From: Diplonema japonicum
Lineage: Eukaryota; Protista; Euglenozoa: Diplonemea
Direction: 5' to 3'
Length of the DNA stretch: 64,000 nt
Assembly (NCBI GenBank): GCA_964019335.1
Contig: OZ025723.1
Location: 248,001-312,000 of the forward strand
Translations under genes and position numbers: made by a program
Notes under the pieces: model-generated
The model's database searches: none
Told to the model about the DNA's origin: nothing
What the model saw: the letters and a program-made list of their open reading frames with translations, nothing else
Part shown: in pieces, positions 58,174-64,000 of the stretch
Numbering within the stretch: the stretch's first letter is position 1
How the letters are laid out: the number at the start of each line of letters is the position of its first letter

Positions 58174-58827
58174 ATGCCTCCATCGGAAACAAAACCCCTA
58201 CAAACACCTATTTTATACACCTTCAGAAGATGCCCCTATGCAATGAGGGGGAGGGTGGCACTGTGGATGGCCGGTGTGGAGGTAATGGTGAGAGAAGTAG
58301 TGCTGCGCGAAAAGCCAACAGAGCTCCTGGAAGCGAATCCAAAGGGCACTGTACCTACTATGATAATAGATGACATGGTCATAAGTGAAAGCAGGGAAAT
58401 CGTGGAATGGGCCTTAGGGAGAGACACCACAGAAGGAGGCAATGCCTTGGTGTCAGCCTTCGATGACGTGTTCAAGCCCTTGCTGAACAGATACAAGTAC
58501 CACCATAGATTCCCAGAGCTAACCAAAACCCAGCACAGAGACCTCGCATCGGAGTATCTAGCCGCAATCTTATGTCCAAAACTAGCTTCCTCTCCTTACT
58601 TATTTGGTGACGTAATGACAATACCTGATATTTGTATTTTTCCGTTCGTCCGACAATTTGCAGGTGTCGACCAAGAATGGTTCGACAGCGATCCCCACCC
58701 GCAGCACGCGGTTGTCCGTGACTGGCTGGCGCTGTGCCTCGGGTCGCCACAATTTTCAAACATAATGGAAAAATACCCACAATGGAAACAAGGCGACGCT
58801 CCAACTTTTCTAAAGCCTTCTGGGTGA
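58174..58827 (+). CDS. Glutathione S-transferase, bacterial-type
   Basis: LYTFRRCPYAMR.R, PKGTVP, ES..I..WAL, FKP.L.RYKY and DI.IFPFVRQFA.VD..WF. Confidence 0.9.
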   Translation: MPPSETKPLQTPILYTFRRCPYAMRGRVALWMAGVEVMVREVVLREKPTELLEANPKGTVPTMIIDDMVISESREIVEWALGRDTTEGGNALVSAFDDVFKPLLNRYKYHHRFPELTKTQHRDLASEYLAAILCPKLASSPYLFGDVMTIPDICIFPFVRQFAGVDQEWFDSDPHPQHAVVRDWLALCLGSPQFSNIMEKYPQWKQGDAPTFLKPSG

Positions 58828-58894
58828 GGAATTTCTCTTTTTTCTTATTCTTTTTTTTTTTTTGAAAAGGGCAAAAAAAAAAAAAAGAGAAGGG

Positions 58895-58924
<30 letters not shown>

Positions 58925-58927
<3 letters not shown>

Positions 58928-59623
58928 CCGCATCCCCTGGGGTCCGACTTGGATAACAACGGGTATGGGTACATGGATGGGTTCCTACCAGAAGAGGTTG
59001 CAAGGCAAATTTTAAAGGAGACGGAGGACATGGCGTTGACGGCCGGGGAGGTCAGTAAGGAGGCGGGGTACTGGCAGACAGAAACAAAGCTAGACCGAAG
59101 AGGCGATATGATAGCATGGAGGGACGCAAAAGAGGTGAAAAACATGGAAGGCATGGGCGTGCTGGTGAACAAGCTCGAAGAACTTGTACAAACTATGAGA
59201 ACCGACGGGGTAAAACGGCTATGTCAGATCGAGGGGGAAAAGCAAGGCAAGGTCCAGATAGAAAGAATCATGGTCGCCAAGTACCTTGAGGAAAACCGCC
59301 GGTTCGTCACCCACGTTGACAACCCTAATAAGAACGGCCGCCTTCTCACCTTTACCTACTATGTATCTCCTTCTATGACCGAAAAATCTGGCGGTGCTCT
59401 GCGAGTCCATAAGACTATGACAGGCCCGCCCTTGGCCGACATTTTGCCCATTTTTAACAGGCTTGCTTGTCTTTACTCAGACACCATGCCGCATGAGGTC
59501 CTCCCTGTTGAGGAGCCCCCTCGGATCACCATCGTTTGCTGGTTTTCGCTTCAGTCCGAAGACGAGAAGCTGGAGGCAATGAGGAGCATATTCAAGCTGC
59601 TCATGGCGGGAAAGAAGAAGTAG
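58925..59623 (+). CDS. 2OG-Fe(II) prolyl hydroxylase, EGLN/PHD-like
   Basis: RGD.IAW, HVDNP..GR.LT..YY, GG.LR, I.P.FNRL and PHEVLP....R.TI.CW. Confidence 0.9.
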
Positions 59624-59745
59624 AATTTTTTTTTCTTTCTTTTTTTTTTTTTTTTTTCTTCTTCTTCCCTTCCTTTTCATCCGCAAACCCAAAAAAAAAA
59701 AAAAAAAAAAGGGAGGGGAGGGAAAGATTAAAAAAAAAAAAAGAA

Positions 59746-60834
59746 ATGGGGTGTTGCGGGACAAAGGAAGCACCAAAGGGTGCGATAGCAGCGAAACCGC
59801 AGAAAGCGGTGAAGGCCGAGGACGACAAAAAGTACGCCGTGAAAAATAACAGGGGAGAGGCGGCGATACCCCTCGACACCATCGGGACCAGCGATGACGT
59901 CACAGTAGTGTACTTCCCTGATGATCAAGCTGCGTCACCTTTTAACGAGCTTGATGCGTCTGCAGCAGTTTCGAAAGACGGTTCTTTGGCGAGGATATTG
60001 GAGACTATCGGGGACTGTGAGTGGAAAATGGAGCTTTGCGTGCCCAGCCTGACAAACCCCAACTTAGTCGTTGTGCTCAACGCCATGTCTGAGAACGGAA
60101 TGCGGATCAGAATTATCACTGACGACAAGTTCCCGACCCCGCCTGAACTGAGCTCGGCGGTGCAACACCAGGTTTTCAAGAAACCCAACACACCTTTTGA
60201 ACATAGTTTTGCGGTTTTGGACGATTCTTCAGTACTTTCCGGGACATACGATTGGACAGAAGTTTCAGCTTTAACAACGCACGCAGCATGCGTTTCAACG
60301 AAAAGTCGAAAAGTAGCAGCGAGGTACGTTACGGAATTCGACCGGTTGTGGGAAGAAACAGGCCCCAACGCTGAATCTTTCAACAACAATGCGAGAAGCG
60401 CCGTGTCGCGGTTCGACAAAAAATCGAATATTTTTTTTTTCCCCGACTGGGGCTCCTCCGGCAACCACGACACCGCTTCGGCCATTCTTATAAAATCCAT
60501 GAAAAAAGCAAAAAAATCTGTCAAGCTTGCGCTTCCAAATCTGCTGCTCGACGATTTTCATGCTGCTCTCACTTCCCTCCCCGTTCCTGTCTCCGTGCTC
60601 ACACAGCAGCCTTGTGAGCCGCTTGCTGGGCTTACTGTCTACACACTAGAGAATTGTCGGCACGCATTTCTTCTTATTGATGATACGGAGCTCGTCACAG
60701 GGTCTTTCGATTGGACCATGAAATCGTCCACAGGTGCTCTACAGAACTGTGTTTATTACACATCCGGACCTGTGGTGGAGTCATTTGCAAAAGAGTTTAA
60801 AGATCTTTGCAATAAGGGTACTTTGCTTCAATGA
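59746..60834 (+). CDS. Dually acylated tandem PLD6/Zucchini/Nuc-like protein with degenerate HKD motifs
   Basis: MGCCG start; two repeats ending HSFAVLD...SGTYDWT and HAFLLID...TGSFDWT; Y..EFDRLW. Confidence 0.8.
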   Translation: MGCCGTKEAPKGAIAAKPQKAVKAEDDKKYAVKNNRGEAAIPLDTIGTSDDVTVVYFPDDQAASPFNELDASAAVSKDGSLARILETIGDCEWKMELCVPSLTNPNLVVVLNAMSENGMRIRIITDDKFPTPPELSSAVQHQVFKKPNTPFEHSFAVLDDSSVLSGTYDWTEVSALTTHAACVSTKSRKVAARYVTEFDRLWEETGPNAESFNNNARSAVSRFDKKSNIFFFPDWGSSGNHDTASAILIKSMKKAKKSVKLALPNLLLDDFHAALTSLPVPVSVLTQQPCEPLAGLTVYTLENCRHAFLLIDDTELVTGSFDWTMKSSTGALQNCVYYTSGPVVESFAKEFKDLCNKGTLLQ

Positions 60835-60842
60835 AGAAGAAG

Positions 60843-60873
<31 letters not shown>

Positions 60874-61429
60874 TGGGGCCCAAATTCCTTTGCCGCTCTT
60901 TAAGTTGTAAATGGATCATTTTTTTTTTCACGCCCCTCTTTTCCCATTTTTTTTCCCCTCCCATTTTTTTTTTTTGAAAGCCGCAGGACTAGGTGGGAGC
61001 GCGAGAACGCAAAAAAAAAAACCCCCCCTTTTTTTTTAAAAAAAATAGTCTAGTTTTTGAATTTTTTTTTCCAAAAGTAGACCTCCGCCAAATAAAGAAA
61101 ATCAGTATTCCCCCTTCTGTTCCTTTGTGCCCCTTGTTTTTTTTCCCCCCCCCTGGTTGTCCCTTTTCCCCTCCCCCCCTTTTTTTTACATAAAGAATTT
61201 GAAGAATGAAAAAGGAAAATAAAGAAGCAAAAAAAAAAAAACTCCCCCCCTCCGCCCTATTTCCCCCTTGTTTCCTATTCCCCCCCCCCCCCCCCCCCCC
61301 ACACCCGAAAAAAAAGTTTTGTTTTAGAAATTTCTGCTTTCCACGTTAAAAAAAAAAAAATCATGTTTTTTTTTTGTTTAATTCCTTTGGAAAGGAGAAA
61401 AAAAGAATTGTTAGGGGGGGGAGAAAAAA

Positions 61430-62599
61430 ATGGAAACCCTCCCAAAAGATTTTATCGAGTACTGCAGGTCTGCAGGGGTTGATCTTAATGAGTTCGAACA
61501 GATGGGCAAGCTCCCGAGGTACGTCCGCTTCGACCCCAAAACAACGACGAAGGCAGAACGAGTCGCCATTATGCGGGAAATACCGGATTCTGAAGAAGTC
61601 GCAGAGGTGCGAGACGCTTTAGTGTGGAGCGTATCAAGAAACCTGAAAATGAAGGACATCGCCGAACCCCATCGTTCAGCGATGACAGGGATGGACTTGG
61701 GATCAATCATGGCTGTAATTGCATTGGACCCACAACAAGGCGATTCTGTAGCTGATATCTGTTGTGCCCCCGGCGCGAAACTAAAATTCACCTCACAACT
61801 TGTCGGGCCAAAAGGCCGGATCTGCGGGGTCGACAACAACCTCTACAGGCTCTCCACCGCAAAATCCTTGACAGGCTCGGAACCATGCGTTCGCCTCCTC
61901 CTTGCAAACGCTGTAGAATGGGATCCTTCCTCCCACCGTGATTCGTCGAAATGGTGGGTTGATTCTGTTCCGTTAATATCAGTAAACCCGAGCAAGCATA
62001 AAAAAATTCTTGCGAAAGAATATCCCAAAGGTCCGGAGCGTCCCCCTCAAGCAGGTGTCGTTATACAGGATTGGTGGTACCCTGCAGACCTAAGTATTCC
62101 GAAACATCTACCTCCAAATCCTGTTAATGTTGAGTTGTTTAGTCGGGTTATCGTGGATGCCGAATGTACTACTGACGGCAGTTTGAGGCATTTGGAGAAG
62201 CTTGTAAGCTGCGGCTCGTGGAAGGAACATTCTGATTGGGCGTCGAAACCGATGTCGAGCATTACCGATTTGCAAAAGAAGTTGCTTCTTAAAGGGTCTG
62301 CTGTTCTCGCGCCGTTGGGTACGCTGGTATATTCCACGTGTTCCCTGTCGCCTATGCAGAATGAAGAGGTTGTCGCTCACGTTCTTGGGGTCGATCCTTC
62401 GCTAACCCTTGTTGATCCCTTTGTTGGTCTGTCTGATTCGTCTTGTTTGGTCCGCCCGCCGCCGTTTAAAGTCGGCTCGTTGGGGAAAACCGCGTTATTC
62501 ACACCCCGTGCGTCTAACTGCGGTGCACTTTTCATCGCGAAGTTTGTAAAGGATAATGGGAACGCTGGCGAACCCCCCGCCAAAAAAGTAAAAATTTGA
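61430..62599 (+). CDS. NOL1/NOP2/Sun (RsmB/F) RNA m5C methyltransferase
   Basis: DICCAPGAK, VIVDAECT.DG and LVYSTCSL...QNE.VV. Confidence 0.92.
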   Translation: METLPKDFIEYCRSAGVDLNEFEQMGKLPRYVRFDPKTTTKAERVAIMREIPDSEEVAEVRDALVWSVSRNLKMKDIAEPHRSAMTGMDLGSIMAVIALDPQQGDSVADICCAPGAKLKFTSQLVGPKGRICGVDNNLYRLSTAKSLTGSEPCVRLLLANAVEWDPSSHRDSSKWWVDSVPLISVNPSKHKKILAKEYPKGPERPPQAGVVIQDWWYPADLSIPKHLPPNPVNVELFSRVIVDAECTTDGSLRHLEKLVSCGSWKEHSDWASKPMSSITDLQKKLLLKGSAVLAPLGTLVYSTCSLSPMQNEEVVAHVLGVDPSLTLVDPFVGLSDSSCLVRPPPFKVGSLGKTALFTPRASNCGALFIAKFVKDNGNAGEPPAKKVKI

Positions 62600-62717
62600 A
62601 GTGGGGGATTTTTTTTTTTTTTTGAAGTTTTTTTTTTTTTTTTGCTTGGCGGAGGAAGGGGAAAGAAAAAAGTCTGATTTCTACACAAAAAAAACTACAC
62701 AAAAAAAAAAAAGAAAA

Positions 62718-62942
62718 ATGTCCTGCCCTGCTGGCCTTTCATCGTGTGTGACCCAGTGCGGTATCAGCTTCCCTGTGAAGAAACCGGCAACCGCTCACAT
62801 GGTCGGCCACTCCGCTGGTCTTAACGCTTCGAAACAAGTGGCGGCTCACGCACTGGCTCACCCAGCAGCAGCAGCAGTAGTGGCACCGAAGAAGAAACCA
62901 GCGGCCGCTAAGAACGACGGGTTCGGGGACCTTGACTTCTAG
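62718..62942 (+). CDS. 74-aa Ala/Lys-rich small protein ending DGFGDLDF
   Basis: Poly-A leader before the ATG; coding-like composition. Confidence 0.65.
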   Translation: MSCPAGLSSCVTQCGISFPVKKPATAHMVGHSAGLNASKQVAAHALAHPAAAAVVAPKKKPAAAKNDGFGDLDF

Positions 62943-63098
62943 AGACAATGAGAGAGGAAAATTTAAAAAAAAAAAAAACACACACGATTTTTTTTCTTTC
63001 ATTTCTGTTTACACTTTTCCCTTTTTTTTTTTTTTCTCCCTTTTTTTTTTAAAAAAAAATCCTTCTTGTCAACTCCAACCCTCATAGGCAAAAGGGAC

Positions 63099-63691
63099 AT
63101 GGGATGCTGTGGGTCATCCGACAACGACAGTAGGTATGTGACACCACTGCACAAGTGAACCGTGATAACAGGAACCAGCATGTGGACACCAGAGCGGGGA
63201 GGGGAAGTAGGGGTCAGATACACCCACAAGGCGGGAACCCAGAAGAGAGGAAGAAGAAAAAGAAGATGGATCAGGGAGGACAAGCCCCTCCAGCAGCATC
63301 GCAGAATAGACAATCCCACAACATGGGGCAAGATCCTGAAGGGGGAAGACGGTTGGGTGGCGGGGAGAAGGACGGAAACCTCCGAGAAAATGTTGCCGCC
63401 GCCGCCCTTGCACGAGCAGAAGGGAAGCCAAAAGGTATAAAATTATATTTTATCTCATCTTCCCCCAGGCATCTCTGCGGATACTGCCGATAAGCTGAGA
63501 ATCAAACATGAGAGGGACGAACTCATAGGAAGAATAGAGTATGACAGTGGGAGAAGAAAAAAAAAAAACTTTTTGTTGACAGCGCACTCGCTTCTCGTTT
63601 GAAGGAAGACGTGCCCATAGCCATCAGGAGCAGAGAAACACCCCTTTCAAAGCTCCGAAGCTACAAAACCTACTTGGAAAGCAAGTTGTAA
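63099..63691 (+). CDS. SVIP-like small VCP/p97-interacting protein; introns 63134-63171, 63435-63468, 63539-63582
   Basis: Splicing gives MGCCGSS...GGRRLGG...RENVAAAALAR (VIM pattern Rx5AAx2R)...ELIGRIDALASRLKEDVP...ESKL*. Confidence 0.8.
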
Positions 63692-63725
63692 GAGGGAAAA
63701 TACAAATAGAAAAAAATAGGGCGGG

Positions 63726-63761
<36 letters not shown>

Positions 63762-64000
63762 AGCCTTTTTTCATTTAACATTTTTAAAGTAATCCGCTCT
63801 CTAAAAACTGTCAAGAAAAGCAAAAGGTCCGGGGTCTGGGGCGAGTTTTTTTTTCTTTTTTCTTTTTTTTTGTTTGAGTCTTCGGTTTGAGAAAGTTTTT
63901 CCAAATTTTTCACAAAAGAAAAAAAAAAAGAAGTTTTGCAGTCGCTTCAGGGTATTTTGTGCTGTTTTTTGCGAAGACTTGTTAAACTATTTTTTTTTCC

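Noticed and set aside
46644-63691. Derlin, PPPDE-RING and SVIP-like genes as a p97/ERAD cluster
   Set aside because: Separated by unrelated genes; proximity is plausibly chance.
63-63913. Many poly-K/poly-F ORFs and minus-strand ORFs in the track
   Set aside because: Translations of homopolymer runs or antisense shadows of + strand genes, with no motifs.
1-64000. Non-standard genetic code or non-canonical introns
   Set aside because: TAA, TAG and TGA all terminate genes, and the host-gene frame breaks I traced are resolved by GT-AG introns.

Overview
Eukaryotic genomic DNA. About 27 host protein genes all lie on the + strand, most with an A-rich leader directly before the ATG and pyrimidine tracts upstream. 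Introns are short GT-AG introns, and intergenic DNA is full of homopolymer runs. This fits a euglenozoan, probably diplonemid-like, polycistronic and trans-spliced gene cluster (inference). Recognisable products include two kinases, a kinesin, a La-like protein, a cNMP-binding K+ channel, a Kelch protein, a divergent eIF4E, Derlin, an SLC37/GlpT-like MFS transporter, a PPPDE-RING fusion, a bacterial-type GST, an EGLN-like hydroxylase, a catalytically dead tandem PLD, an NSUN methyltransferase and an SVIP-like protein that the ORF track misses because of three introns. Intergenic DNA holds several mobile elements: a pogo-like element with TIRs, a hAT element whose left block is inverted, two 5'-truncated non-LTR retrotransposons, a five-copy Helentron/HINE-like family with a covarying ~115-nt hairpin, and minus-strand PIF1 and OTU relics. 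The most notable signal is an apparently complete HDV-like self-cleaving ribozyme fold (35892-36030) heading a SINE-like element. Its two copies carry different 3' tails, one of which matches the tail of the neighbouring LINE. All folds and alignments were done by eye; no searches were run.
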